Shown: positions 27,364-37,559 of the stretch, piece after piece | Position numbering within the stretch: position 1 is the first letter of the stretch | Layout: the number at the start of each line of letters is the position of its first letter | Source of the DNA: Vicinamibacterales bacterium | Lineage (GTDB): Bacteria; Acidobacteriota; Vicinamibacteria; Vicinamibacterales; UBA2999 | Direction: 5' to 3' | Length of the DNA: 64,000 nt | Assembly (NCBI GenBank): GCA_041659285.1 | Contig: JBAZYO010000002.1 | Location: 105,284 to 169,283, forward strand | The notes under the pieces: generated by a model | Told to the model about the DNA's origin: nothing | What the model saw: only the letters and a program-made list of their open reading frames with translations | Database searches by the model: none | Position numbers and translations under genes: made by a program

Positions 27364-29634
27364 ATGCAGCCTCTCGACGACGTGGTCAAGGAATTTCTGG
27401 TTGAAAGTCTGGAGAACCTCGACAGGCTTGACCGCTCGCTGGTCGACCTGGAGCAGGACCCGCACGACCGCGAGAATCTGGCGAGCATCTTTCGCACGAT
27501 CCACACCATCAAGGGCACTTGTGGATTCCTCGGGTTCGGCAAGCTCGAGTCGGTGTCGCACGTCGGCGAGAGTCTTCTGAGCCGCATGCGTGACGGCGAA
27601 CTGGTGCTCAATGCCGCGATCACAACGGGCCTGCTGGCCATGGTCGACGCCATTCGACGCATCCTGGCGGTCGTCGAGGCCACCGGAGGTGAACCCAATG
27701 AGGACTACGGCGAACTGATCGCCATGCTGAACCGCTTGAACGCGCCCGGCCAGAAGCCGGCGGCCGCGCCGGCGGCGACCGTCGTGATGGCCGAGGCCGT
27801 CGCGGCCCCCGGCCCCGCGTCGTCCCCGGTTGGGACGGCCACAGACACGACAGCGCCGCGCCCGGAACACGCTCCGGCGCGCGCGACCGAGGAGATCCCT
27901 ATGGAGATCGAGATCGTCGACGCGCGCAGTTCGGACGAGCGGCCCACCGGCGGCGAGCGCCGTCCCGCCATCGTCGACACGTCCCTGCGGGTGGACGTGG
28001 GCCTGCTCGACAAGTTGATGAACCTGGTCGGGGAACTGGTCCTGGCTCGCAACCAGATTCTGCAGTTCACCACCTCGCTGAGCGACTCGGCATTCATCGG
28101 CGCCACGCAGCGGCTGAACCTGGTGGCCTCCGAGCTGCAGGAAGGCGTGATGAAGACACGCATGCAGCCGATCGACAACGTGTGGAGCAAGTTCCCACGC
28201 GTCGTGCGGGATCTCGCAATCGCCTGCGGGAAGCAGGTGCGCATCGAGATGGTGGGCAAGGACACCGAGCTCGACAAGACGATCATCGAGGCGATCAAGG
28301 ATCCCCTCACTCACGTCGTCCGCAATTCGGCTGACCATGGGATCGAGACGCCGAGCGCCCGGATCGCCTGCGGCAAGCCGCCGGAAGGAGTCGTCAGGCT
28401 CAGGGCCTTCCATGAGGGCGGCCAGATCAACATCGAGATTAGCGACGACGGCGCCGGCATCGACCCGGAAAAAGTCCGCCGCAAGGCGGTCGACCGGTCG
28501 ATGGTCTCGGCCGAACAGGCCGCCCGGATGAGCGACCACGAAGCGCTGCGGTTGATCTTCCTGCCCGGGTTCTCAACGGCGGAGAAGATCACCAACGTGT
28601 CCGGCCGCGGCGTCGGCATGGACGTCGTCAAGACCAACATCGAGAAGATCGGGGGCACGGTCGACATCCAGAGCACGCTCGGCCAGGGCACGACGCTCAA
28701 GATCCGCATTCCGCTCACCCTGGCCATCATCCCGGCGCTGATGGTGTCGACCGGCGGCGAAGTGTTCGCCATTCCGCAGGTGAGCCTGCTCGAGCTGGTC
28801 CGGCTCGAAGGCGAGCACGCCCGGGCCGGCATCGAGCGCATCGGCGCCGCGACGTTCTATCGACTCCGCGGCAACCTGCTGCCGCTGGTCCAACTGCATA
28901 GCGAACTCAACCTGGCGTCGCAGGGCGATCCCGGCATTGTCAACATCGTCGTGCTGAAGGCGGACGACCGCCAGTTCGGCCTGGTCGTCGACAGCGTAAA
29001 CGACACCGAGGAAATCGTGGTCAAGCCGCTCGGACGGCAGCTCAAGAGCGTCCAGGTGTTTGCCGGCGCCACGATCATGGGCGACGGCCACGTCGCCCTC
29101 ATCCTCGACGCCACCCGGCTGGCGCAACAGGCCCACGTGCTGAGCGCGGATCGCGACCGGAAGCCGAGCGACCGGCAGGGTGGCCCGCTCGCGCACGAGA
29201 CCGCCGACGCGCAGACGTGGATGTTGTTCCAGGTCAACGGCACCGAGCGCATGGCGATGCCGCTCCACCTGGTGGCCCGCCTCGAGGAATTCGCGACCGC
29301 CGACATCGAGCGTTCGGGCGGACAGGAGGTCGTGCAGTACCGCGGCGAGATTCTGCCGCTGGTGAGCCTCACCCGTTTCTTTGGTGGCACCGCCAACAGC
29401 GAGTCCGACCCCCGCCAGGTGATCGTCTTCTCCGACCATGGCCGGAGCGTTGGCCTCGTGGTCGACCGGATTCTCGACATCGTCACCGAGACCATTACTC
29501 CGACGCGGTCCCAGGCCCGATCCGGCATTCTCGGGGCGGCCGTCATCCAGCAACGGGTCACCGACCTGCTCGACGTCGCCGCCATCGTCCGGCATGCGCT
29601 CCCCGAGTCCGTGTCCGAGCCGGTGGCCGCGTAG
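27364..29634 (+). CDS. cheA: chemotaxis histidine kinase CheA
   Basis: The HPt domain (FRTIHTIKGT), the dimerisation and HATPase domains (HVVRNSADHGIE, GRGVGMDVV) and a C-terminal CheW-like domain are all present. Confidence 0.9.
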   Translation: MQPLDDVVKEFLVESLENLDRLDRSLVDLEQDPHDRENLASIFRTIHTIKGTCGFLGFGKLESVSHVGESLLSRMRDGELVLNAAITTGLLAMVDAIRRILAVVEATGGEPNEDYGELIAMLNRLNAPGQKPAAAPAATVVMAEAVAAPGPASSPVGTATDTTAPRPEHAPARATEEIPMEIEIVDARSSDERPTGGERRPAIVDTSLRVDVGLLDKLMNLVGELVLARNQILQFTTSLSDSAFIGATQRLNLVASELQEGVMKTRMQPIDNVWSKFPRVVRDLAIACGKQVRIEMVGKDTELDKTIIEAIKDPLTHVVRNSADHGIETPSARIACGKPPEGVVRLRAFHEGGQINIEISDDGAGIDPEKVRRKAVDRSMVSAEQAARMSDHEALRLIFLPGFSTAEKITNVSGRGVGMDVVKTNIEKIGGTVDIQSTLGQGTTLKIRIPLTLAIIPALMVSTGGEVFAIPQVSLLELVRLEGEHARAGIERIGAATFYRLRGNLLPLVQLHSELNLASQGDPGIVNIVVLKADDRQFGLVVDSVNDTEEIVVKPLGRQLKSVQVFAGATIMGDGHVALILDATRLAQQAHVLSADRDRKPSDRQGGPLAHETADAQTWMLFQVNGTERMAMPLHLVARLEEFATADIERSGGQEVVQYRGEILPLVSLTRFFGGTANSESDPRQVIVFSDHGRSVGLVVDRILDIVTETITPTRSQARSGILGAAVIQQRVTDLLDVAAIVRHALPESVSEPVAA

Positions 29635-29651
29635 CCAGCGAGCAACAACCC

Positions 29652-30161
29652 ATGAGCACACTCACAGCCAACGCTGCATCCTCTCTCGCTGGCGCCTCGG
29701 CGCCGACCGGCACCGCGCGACAGTTCTGCACCTTCGTGCTCGACGATTTGTACTTCGGCGTCGAGGTGCTCAAGGTCCAGGAAGTGATCCGCTATCAGGA
29801 CATGACTCGCGTGCCGCTGGCGCCCGGGGTGGTCCAGGGCTTGATCAACCTGCGCGGGCAAATCGTGACCGCGATCGATCTGCGGCGCCGCCTCGAGCTG
29901 CCCGAACGTAGCGACGACGCGCGGCCCATGAACGTGGTGGTCCGCACCTCTGACGGCGTCGTCAGTTTGCTGGTCGACGAGATCGGCGACGTCGTCGAGG
30001 TCGACGATGCCAGCTTCGAGCGTCCACCGGACACGATTAGCGGCGCGGCGCGCGCGCTGGTAACCGGCGTCTACAAGCTGAAGCATCGCCTGCTGCTCGC
30101 CCTCGACGTCGAGCAGACCACCGCGCTCGACCTCGAGTCGGCCGCCGAGCGGAGGATCTGA
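29652..30161 (+). CDS. cheW: chemotaxis coupling protein CheW
   Basis: The CheW domain reads QFCTFVLDDLYFGVEVLKVQEVIRYQDMTRVPLAPGVVQGLINLRGQIVTAIDLRRRL. Confidence 0.9.
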   Translation: MSTLTANAASSLAGASAPTGTARQFCTFVLDDLYFGVEVLKVQEVIRYQDMTRVPLAPGVVQGLINLRGQIVTAIDLRRRLELPERSDDARPMNVVVRTSDGVVSLLVDEIGDVVEVDDASFERPPDTISGAARALVTGVYKLKHRLLLALDVEQTTALDLESAAERRI

Positions 30162-30165
30162 CACC

Positions 30166-30624
30166 ATGCTGCACGCACTGTCGACGTTAGTCGTGATGAT
30201 CGTCTTCGCGGGCGTGATGGCCCGCAAGCGGCCCGCCATTCACCTGCCGCTGATGGTCATGGCATTCGTGATCGACCTGAGCCTGGTGCTCTATATCGAA
30301 GTCACCCGCCACGCGGTCGAGCGTGTTGTCGGTCCGGCTGGGCCGCTGATCTGGTTTCATGCGTCGATCTCGACGCTCGTGCTCCTGGCCTACCTGGGCC
30401 AAATTACGCTCGGCCGCCGGATGCTGGCCGGCCGCGCGACCTCCCGCCGGGCGCACATCGCGCTCGGCCTCACGTTCTGCGTGCTGCGCGGGACCAATTA
30501 CGTCACGGCGTTCATGGTGTCGAGCGCCGCCCCGGCCGCCGTGCTGCAACAGGCAGCGGATTCGCATCCCGCGGACACCGATCTTGCGACCACGACACTC
30601 ACCCCCCTTCCCGAGAGAGAGTAG
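30166..30624 (+). CDS. four-TM His-containing membrane protein, DUF420-like
   Basis: There are four predicted hydrophobic helices, with His residues at helix-proximal positions (AIHLP, TRHAV, WFHAS, RRAHIA). The spacing reminds me of DUF420/CtaM-type proteins. Confidence 0.5.
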   Translation: MLHALSTLVVMIVFAGVMARKRPAIHLPLMVMAFVIDLSLVLYIEVTRHAVERVVGPAGPLIWFHASISTLVLLAYLGQITLGRRMLAGRATSRRAHIALGLTFCVLRGTNYVTAFMVSSAAPAAVLQQAADSHPADTDLATTTLTPLPERE

Positions 30625-30629
30625 ATCTG

Positions 30630-32735
30630 ATGCGAACCGCCACAACCACCCCTCTGGCCACCACCACGCTGTTCGAACGTCTGGGCGGCGTACCGGCGAT
30701 CAAGGCCGCCGTCGACGCCTTCTACGAGCGCGTGCTGGCCGACACCGACCTGAAGCCGTTCTTCACCGGCGTCAACATGCGCTGGCTCAAGGGGCGCCAG
30801 AACGCCTTCTTCATCCAGGCGCTCGGCGGGCCACAGGTCTACAAAGGCAAGGACATGGCGGCCGCGCACGCGAAGCTGGCGATCACGCCGGAGCACTTCG
30901 GCCAGGTCGCGGGGCACCTGGTGGCGGCCCTGACGGCGGTCGGCGTGCCGAAGGCCCTGGTCGACGAAGTGGTGGCGGCGGTGGCGCCGCTGGCGGCGCA
31001 AATTGTCAATTCGCCGTCGCAGCCAGTGGGCGGCGCGGCGTCATCGGCCGGCGCGGGTGCGCGCAGGCCCCAACTGGCGCTTGCGCGCCCCGCACAGAAA
31101 GAGCGATTCGGTATGGCTAACGGACACACGAAGGGCGCCAACGCCGTGGCTTCGCGCGACGAGGCGGGGGCGGGCATCACGGAATTGATGGAATCGACCG
31201 AGGGACTGCGCGCGAGCCTGGATGCGCTCCGCGCCAATGTCATGATCGCGAACAGCGATCTCGAGATCGTTTACGTCAACGAACGGAGCGTCGAAACGCT
31301 GAAGGGCATCGCCGGCGACATCAAGTCGTCGTTCGGCCTCTCCCTCAACGACATCGTCGGCGGCTCGATTCACCGCTTCCACAAGGATCCCCGCCGCATC
31401 GAGGCCATCCTGCGAAACCCCGCCTCCCTGCCTCATGAGGCCCAGTTCACCTTCGGCGGCATCACGCTGAAGGCGTCGGTCAACGCCGCGCACGGCCCGC
31501 ACGGCGACGTGATCGGCTATGTCGTCAACTGGGACGACGTCAGCGAGCGCATGCGGCTTGACGCCGAGATGGGTCGTGTGAGTTCGATGATGGAGAACAT
31601 GCCGATCAACGTCATGTTCGCCGATCGCGATCTGAAGATTCAGTACCTGAACCCGGCGTCGACCCGGACCCTCAAGACGCTCGAGCAGTATCTGCCGGTC
31701 CGCGTCGACCAGCTGATCGGCCAGGTCATCGACGTCTTCCACAAGAACCCGGCCCATCAGCGCAGCCTGCTCGGCGACCCGAAGAACCTGCCGCGGCAGG
31801 CCCACATTCAGGTCGGGCCGGAAACGCTCGATCTGCTGGTCAGCCCGATCTACGACAACAACAAGACCTACGTGGGCGCGATGGTCACCTGGTCGGTGGT
31901 GACCGAGAAGCTCGCCACCGAGCGCAAGGCCAAGGAACTGCAGAACGAGATCGCGCAGACGGCCCAGACGCTGGCCTCGTCGTCGGAAGAGCTGACGGCG
32001 CTCAGCCAGCAGATGGGCAGCGGCGCCACCGAAACGGCCGCGCAAGCCAATATCGTCTCGGCCGCGTCGGAGGAGGTCAGCAGGAACGTGCAGACCGTTG
32101 CCACCGGCACGGAGGAGATGAGCGCCAGCATTCGCGAAATCGCCAAGAACGCCAACGAGGCCGCCAAAGTCGCGACCAATGCGGTGAAAGTGGCCGAGAC
32201 GACCAACGCCACGATCAACCTGCTCGGCGAGAGCAGCGCCGAGATCGGCAAGGTCATCAAGGTCATCACGTCGATCGCCCAGCAGACCAACCTGCTGGCC
32301 CTCAACGCCACCATCGAGGCCGCCCGGGCCGGCGAGGCCGGCAAGGGCTTCGCCGTCGTCGCCAACGAGGTCAAGGAGTTGGCCAAGGAAACCGCGAAGG
32401 CCACCGAGGACATCGGCCAGAAGATCGAGGCGATTCAGCTCAACACCAAGGGCGCGGTCGCGGCCATCGCGCAAATCGGCGAGGTGATCAACCAGATCAA
32501 CGACATCTCGAACACGATTGCCAGCGCCGTGGAAGAACAGACGGCGACCACCAACGAGATCACGCGCAACGTGGCTGAAGCCGCCAAGGGCACCGCCGAA
32601 ATCGCGCAGAACATCACCGCCGTCGCCCAGGCCGCGAAGAGCACGAGCGACGGCGCCCAGGAGACGCAGAAGGCCTCGAACCAGCTCTCGGAGCTGGCCG
32701 CCGGTCTCCAGGATCTGGTCAACCGGACCAAATAG
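30630..32735 (+). CDS. soluble methyl-accepting chemotaxis protein with N-terminal group-I truncated haemoglobin and two PAS domains
   Basis: The trHb motifs are [15 protein letters not shown] (B10 Tyr), FFIQALGGP and [15 protein letters not shown] (F8 His). The two PAS-like units carry IHRFHKDP and VFHKNP. The MCP hairpin tip reads [38 protein letters not shown] see no TM helix. Confidence 0.85.
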   Translation: MRTATTTPLATTTLFERLGGVPAIKAAVDAFYERVLADTDLKPFFTGVNMRWLKGRQNAFFIQALGGPQVYKGKDMAAAHAKLAITPEHFGQVAGHLVAALTAVGVPKALVDEVVAAVAPLAAQIVNSPSQPVGGAASSAGAGARRPQLALARPAQKERFGMANGHTKGANAVASRDEAGAGITELMESTEGLRASLDALRANVMIANSDLEIVYVNERSVETLKGIAGDIKSSFGLSLNDIVGGSIHRFHKDPRRIEAILRNPASLPHEAQFTFGGITLKASVNAAHGPHGDVIGYVVNWDDVSERMRLDAEMGRVSSMMENMPINVMFADRDLKIQYLNPASTRTLKTLEQYLPVRVDQLIGQVIDVFHKNPAHQRSLLGDPKNLPRQAHIQVGPETLDLLVSPIYDNNKTYVGAMVTWSVVTEKLATERKAKELQNEIAQTAQTLASSSEELTALSQQMGSGATETAAQANIVSAASEEVSRNVQTVATGTEEMSASIREIAKNANEAAKVATNAVKVAETTNATINLLGESSAEIGKVIKVITSIAQQTNLLALNATIEAARAGEAGKGFAVVANEVKELAKETAKATEDIGQKIEAIQLNTKGAVAAIAQIGEVINQINDISNTIASAVEEQTATTNEITRNVAEAAKGTAEIAQNITAVAQAAKSTSDGAQETQKASNQLSELAAGLQDLVNRTK

Positions 32736-32795
32736 TCATTGCCCGTCGCGGCCGGCGCCCGAGCCGGCCGCGATGGCTTCGTTTTTGGAGACTCC

Positions 32796-33182
32796 ATGAA
32801 GGCTCTCGTTGTCGACGACTCTCGTGCAATTCGCGTGATTCTGGGCCAGATGCTGTCGGACCTCGGCTACGAGGTTGCCGAAGCACGGCACGGGCGCGAG
32901 GCTCTCATTCATCTTCAGGCCCACACCGATACCGCACTCGCGCTGATCGACTGGAACATGCCCGAGATGAACGGCCTGGAACTCGTGCAGGCCGTACACG
33001 CCGACCCACAGCTGGCCGACATCCGCCTGATGATGGTCACCACCGAAACCGAGATGGCGCAGATGGCCCGCGCCATCGAAGCCGGCGCCCACGAGTACGT
33101 CATGAAGCCGTTCACCAAGTCCGTGATCGAGGGCAAGCTGCAGCTGCTCGGCCTGCCAGGCGCGCAAGGGGCCGCGGCGTGA
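32796..33182 (+). CDS. cheY: chemotaxis response regulator CheY
   Basis: A single REC domain (KALVVDDS...LIDWNMPEMNG...KPF). GGAG lies upstream of the ATG at 32796. Confidence 0.9.
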   Translation: MKALVVDDSRAIRVILGQMLSDLGYEVAEARHGREALIHLQAHTDTALALIDWNMPEMNGLELVQAVHADPQLADIRLMMVTTETEMAQMARAIEAGAHEYVMKPFTKSVIEGKLQLLGLPGAQGAAA

Positions 33183-34306
33183 GTCGGATCCGTGTACTGA
33201 TTGTCGATGACGCGGTCGTCATCCGCCGCCTGGTCGGCGACGTCCTCAGCGCCGACCCGGAGATCGAGGTCGTGGGCACGGCCGCCAACGGCCGGATCGG
33301 CCTGCAGAAGATCACGCAGTGCAACCCCGACGTCGTCACGATGGACGTCGAGATGCCCGACATGAACGGCATCGAGACCCTCAAGGAAATCCGCAAGACG
33401 TGGCTGAAGCTCCCGGTCATCATGTTCAGCACGCTCACGGAGCGGGGAGCCGCGGCGACGCTGGACGCGCTCCAGGCGGGCGCCTCCGACTACGTGACCA
33501 AGCCCGCCAACGTCGGCAGTGTCACGGCCGGCCTCGAGGCCGTCCGCCGGGATCTCATCCCCAAGATCAAGGCGCTCGCCGGACGAACCGCGGTGCCCGC
33601 AACCGTGGCACCGGCCGCGCGGCAAATCGCGACGCTGGCGACCGCTTGCTCGCCCGCCAGCCTGACGGGCCAGATCAACATCATTGCCATTGGCGTGTCG
33701 ACCGGTGGCCCCAACGCGCTCGCGGAGCTCCTGCCGGCGCTGCCGGCCACGCTGCCGGTGCCGATTGTCATCGTGCAACACATGCCACCGATGTTCACCC
33801 GCCTGCTCGCCGAACGCCTGGACGCACAGTCGGCCATCAAGGTGGCCGAGGGGCGCGCCGGCATGACCCTCGAACCGGGCCATGCCTACATCGCGCCGGG
33901 CGACTTCCATATGACGCTCCAGAGGCGCGGCACGGCCGTGGAAGTGGCCGTCAACCAAGAGCCTCCCGAAAACTCCTGCCGGCCGGCCGTTGATGTGCTG
34001 TTCCGGTCCGTCGTCGCACAGTTCGGGAGCGGCACCTTGGGCGTCATCCTCACCGGGATGGGGCAGGACGGCCTGCGTGGCTGCGAGTTGATTCGCGAGA
34101 CCGGCGGCCAGGTGGTCGTCCAGGATGAAGCGTCCAGCGTCGTCTGGGGCATGCCAGGCTTCGTGGCGCGCGCCGGGCTGGCCCACCGCGTGCTGCCGTT
34201 GAACACGATTGCGGGCGAGCTTGTCCGCAGAACCGCCTCCGCTAGTGCCCGGCCCGCCGTTCCGGTGAGCGCGTTTGGCGGCATGGCTGTTGCGAGGACC
34301 ACATGA
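33179..34306 (+). CDS. cheB: protein-glutamate methylesterase/glutaminase CheB (REC plus CheB_methylest)
   Basis: The REC domain (RVLIVDDAVV...MDVEMPDMNG) is followed by the methylesterase motifs IGVSTGGP, IVQHMP and GMGQDG. A GTGA overlap links it to cheY. Confidence 0.9.
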   Translation: MSRIRVLIVDDAVVIRRLVGDVLSADPEIEVVGTAANGRIGLQKITQCNPDVVTMDVEMPDMNGIETLKEIRKTWLKLPVIMFSTLTERGAAATLDALQAGASDYVTKPANVGSVTAGLEAVRRDLIPKIKALAGRTAVPATVAPAARQIATLATACSPASLTGQINIIAIGVSTGGPNALAELLPALPATLPVPIVIVQHMPPMFTRLLAERLDAQSAIKVAEGRAGMTLEPGHAYIAPGDFHMTLQRRGTAVEVAVNQEPPENSCRPAVDVLFRSVVAQFGSGTLGVILTGMGQDGLRGCELIRETGGQVVVQDEASSVVWGMPGFVARAGLAHRVLPLNTIAGELVRRTASASARPAVPVSAFGGMAVARTT

Positions 34307-35157
34307 GCATTTCGGCACCAGACTTCGACTTCGTCCGCACGCTCGTCTGCGACCAGGCGGGCATCGTGCTCGAGAACGGGAAGGAATACCTCGTCGAGTC
34401 GCGCCTCGGGCCTCTCGCCAAGCGGTCCGGCTTCGACTCACTCGAGTCGCTGGTCGTGGCCCTCCGCCGCACCGATGCCACGTTGCGCCGGACCGTCGTC
34501 GAAGCGATGACCACCAACGAGACGACGTTCTTCCGCGACATCGAACCGTTCGAAGCGCTGCGCAAGCACGTGGTCCCGGAGTTGCTGGCCGCGCGAAGCG
34601 CCTCGAGAGAGTTGAACATCTGGTACGGCGCGTCGTCCACCGGCCAGGAACCGTACTCGCTCGTCATGATGTTGCTCGAGCACTTTCCCCAGCTCGCAAC
34701 GTGGAACGTCACGCACTTTGCCACCGACATCAACCTCGAGGTGCTCGAACGGGCCCGGCAGGGGAAGTACAACCAGATCGAGATGAACCGGGGCCTGCCC
34801 GTGACCTACCTGGTCAAGTACTTCCAGAAGTGCGGGCTCGAGTGGCAGCTCAAGCCGGCGGTGCGCGACAAAGTGCGGTTCGAGCAAATGAACCTGGTGA
34901 AGGCGTGGCCAACGCTGCCGGTCTTCGACATCGTCATGCTGCGCAACGTGATGATCTATTTCGATGTCGAAGCGAAGAAGCAGATTCTGGGTAAGATCCG
35001 CCGCCAGCTCAAGCCCGATGGCTACCTGTTTCTGGGCGGCGCGGAAACCACCATGGGACTGACAGAAGCGTTCCAGCGCGTGCAGCTCGACCGGGCCGGA
35101 TGCTACCGGACCAGTGAAGCCGCGCGGGACCTGTCGATGACGCGAGGAGCGGCGTGA
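34303..35157 (+). CDS. cheR: chemotaxis protein methyltransferase CheR
   Basis: The motifs are TNETTFFRD, IWYGASSTGQEPYSL and MLRNVMIYFD. An ATGA overlap links it to cheB. Confidence 0.9.
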   Translation: MSISAPDFDFVRTLVCDQAGIVLENGKEYLVESRLGPLAKRSGFDSLESLVVALRRTDATLRRTVVEAMTTNETTFFRDIEPFEALRKHVVPELLAARSASRELNIWYGASSTGQEPYSLVMMLLEHFPQLATWNVTHFATDINLEVLERARQGKYNQIEMNRGLPVTYLVKYFQKCGLEWQLKPAVRDKVRFEQMNLVKAWPTLPVFDIVMLRNVMIYFDVEAKKQILGKIRRQLKPDGYLFLGGAETTMGLTEAFQRVQLDRAGCYRTSEAARDLSMTRGAA

Positions 35158-35621
35158 TGCAGATTGACGCACAAGAAATCGCGGGCCTGATTGACGACAT
35201 CTGGATGGCCACGCTGGGCCTCCCGACCCGGCCCGCCGCGCCGGATGCCGACGGCCCGTCTGCGGCCCACCCCACACTCGACGGCATCATCAACATCGCC
35301 GGCGACTGGCAGGGCACGGTGGCGGTGCAGGTTCCCAGGGCGCTCGCCGCGGTGATCGCCGCGCGGATGTTCCGCCTGGGTGACCAGCAACCGACGATCG
35401 AGGACATGCAAGACGCCCTCGGCGAAATCACCAACATGACCGGCGGCAACATCAAGGCACTGCTCCCGGGCCAGTGCGTGCTGTCACTCCCGGCCGTCAT
35501 CGAGGGACGGGCCTACACCATTCGCGTACCCAGTTCTCACGTGGTCACCAAGGTCGCCTTCGAGTGCGCTGGCTTCCCCGCCCTGGTCAGCCTGATGACG
35601 GCCGGCACGTCTCAAGGTTGA
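35157..35621 (+). CDS. cheX: CheX-like chemotaxis phosphatase
   Basis: DALGEITNMTGGNIKALL and SLPAVIEG fit the CheX family. GAGGAG lies 7 nt upstream of the ATG at 35157, and a GTG at 35154 is also possible. Confidence 0.65.
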   Translation: MQIDAQEIAGLIDDIWMATLGLPTRPAAPDADGPSAAHPTLDGIINIAGDWQGTVAVQVPRALAAVIAARMFRLGDQQPTIEDMQDALGEITNMTGGNIKALLPGQCVLSLPAVIEGRAYTIRVPSSHVVTKVAFECAGFPALVSLMTAGTSQG

Positions 35622-35624
35622 TCG

Positions 35625-35942
35625 ATGGAGACACCAATGGTCGAGCCGCTGACGGTTTTTGAATCACTCGGTCCGCTGAGCCTCTACCGCACGCCCGCGG
35701 CAGCCGCCGGCGCCTCGGCGCGCATCGCCGCGGCCCAACACGAGCTGCAGCAGCGCTTCGCGCAACAGCCGTCGGATCTCGATCGCGCGCGGTACGCACT
35801 CGAGGTCGCCTCCACCCTTCTACTCACGCTGCGAAAGCGGGCGTGCTCCTGCGAGCTGTCGCATCGCGACCTGGCCTGCGAGAACGTCGACGTCCATCAG
35901 GTTCTCGCCGACTGGATCGACTTCACCAGGACGCGGCTGTGA
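35625..35942 (+). CDS. hypothetical small protein
   Basis: A 105 aa ORF that starts 3 nt after the cheX stop. It has no recognisable motif and a weak RBS. Confidence 0.3.
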   Translation: METPMVEPLTVFESLGPLSLYRTPAAAAGASARIAAAQHELQQRFAQQPSDLDRARYALEVASTLLLTLRKRACSCELSHRDLACENVDVHQVLADWIDFTRTRL

Positions 35943-35989
35943 TCGCCCGGCGGTTCGCCCGGCGCACTCAACGGTAGCAGGCTGATCGC

Positions 35990-37540
35990 GTGTCGCTCGG
36001 CGCCACCGCCAGACGATCGTTTGAACTGGGACGCCTTGGCGTCGATGTCCTGCGCGCCCAACGGCAGGACGATGGGCCCGGCCGCGACGCCGCCCGCCGA
36101 ATGGTCGCGCTCCGGATGGGCCGCATGCGGGGCCTGCCCCAGAAGATCGGCCAGATCCTCAGCCTCGGCGAGCTCGACACCGGCACGTCCCTCTTCTCGG
36201 AACTGACCGATGCCGCCGAGCCCGCGCCGGCAGCGGAGAGCTTCGCTTGGATCGCGCGCGAGCTCGGCGCCCCCATCGAACGCGTCTTCCGGCATCTGGA
36301 CCAACGCGGAGCGGCGGCATCGCTCGGGCAAGTGCATCGGGGTGAGCTGCACGACGCGCGGGCCGTCGCCGTCAAGGTGCAGTTCCCCGGCGTTCGCGAA
36401 TCCCTCGACACCGATCTGTCGGCCCTGGGCTGGCTGGCCGCGCCGCTCTCGGCCAGGCGCTCGGGCTTCGACCTCGAGGAGTACCGGGCGGAGATGCGCC
36501 GCAGTTTGCTGCGAGAGCTCGACTACGATCTCGAGGCGGCCACGCTGCGCCGCTTTGCCGCGAGAGCGGACCAGGTGCCGGGCCTCGTCACGCCCATCCC
36601 GATTGACCAGTTCTGCACGCCGCGCCTGATTACCATGTCCTGGGTTCCTGGCGACCGCCTGCAGGCCACGACAAACTGGCCCGATACCGCGCGGCATGAG
36701 GCCGCACTCGTGCTCCTCCGCCTGTTCCTCCGCGGCAGCTTCGTCTGGCGGGAGGTACACGCCGACCCGCATGCCGGCAACATCCGCTTCGCGCGTCAGC
36801 ACGACGGCGTGCGCGTGGGGGTCATCGACTTCGGCTGCGTCAAGACCCTGAGCGCCGCCGAAAGCGACGCCCTCCGGCGGCTCGCCCAGGACGGCCCGGA
36901 CATGACGGGCAACGAACTGTTCGACACCTACGTTGAGCTGGGGTTCGACCCGCGCCTGCTCGCGCCGATGGCCGGCCGCCTGCACGCCGTCACGGCGGTG
37001 CTGTTCGAACCGTTTCATGCCCGCGGGCCATTCGACTCCCGGCACTGGGACGTCTCGGCCCGGCTCGCCGAGGCCCTCGGCGACGACCGGTGGAATTTCC
37101 GGTTCGCGGGACCAGCGTCGCTCCTCTTCTTGATTCGTGCCTTTCAAGGCCTCGTGCAGTATCTCCGCGCGTTTGAAGCCACGATTGACTGGCGGCGCGA
37201 ACTGCTCGCGATTCCACGCCACCTGGATAGCGGCCACCCACAGCCGCGCGCCGATCGTGCGGCCGCGCGCGCTTCAGCAGGAGACTCGATGGAAATGCTC
37301 GCATCCAACCTGCGACTGCAGGTCGAACGCAACGGTGAGACCGTTGTCCGGCTGGCGTTCCCGGCCAGCGCCGCCGCGCATCTGCCGGACCTGGTACCTG
37401 TGGACCTCGGCGAACGGCTGCACGCTCGCGGCATTTCTCTGGCGCAGCTGGCCGAGTCGACGGTGGCCGCCGGATACCCGCCCGGGGATCTCTTTCGACT
37501 GGACGACGGCGCCAGCAAGGTGCGGGTATGGCTCGACTGA
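35990..37540 (+). CDS. ABC1/UbiB-family atypical kinase with extra C-terminal domain
   Basis: It carries GLPQKIGQILS, AASLGQVHRGEL, AVKVQFPGV and HADPHAGN. About 100 aa of unknown C-terminal sequence follows. Confidence 0.8.
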   Translation: MSLGATARRSFELGRLGVDVLRAQRQDDGPGRDAARRMVALRMGRMRGLPQKIGQILSLGELDTGTSLFSELTDAAEPAPAAESFAWIARELGAPIERVFRHLDQRGAAASLGQVHRGELHDARAVAVKVQFPGVRESLDTDLSALGWLAAPLSARRSGFDLEEYRAEMRRSLLRELDYDLEAATLRRFAARADQVPGLVTPIPIDQFCTPRLITMSWVPGDRLQATTNWPDTARHEAALVLLRLFLRGSFVWREVHADPHAGNIRFARQHDGVRVGVIDFGCVKTLSAAESDALRRLAQDGPDMTGNELFDTYVELGFDPRLLAPMAGRLHAVTAVLFEPFHARGPFDSRHWDVSARLAEALGDDRWNFRFAGPASLLFLIRAFQGLVQYLRAFEATIDWRRELLAIPRHLDSGHPQPRADRAAARASAGDSMEMLASNLRLQVERNGETVVRLAFPASAAAHLPDLVPVDLGERLHARGISLAQLAESTVAAGYPPGDLFRLDDGASKVRVWLD

Positions 37541-37559
37541 CAAGGCCCGGCGCCCGGTG

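Noticed and set aside
27166-32474. Long minus-strand ORFs antisense to cheA, cheW and the MCP (27166-28539, 28573-29661, 28857-30239, 31041-32474).
   Set aside because: These have the same Arg-rich shadow-ORF character. The plus-strand genes have unambiguous CheA, CheW and MCP motifs and tight operon spacing.
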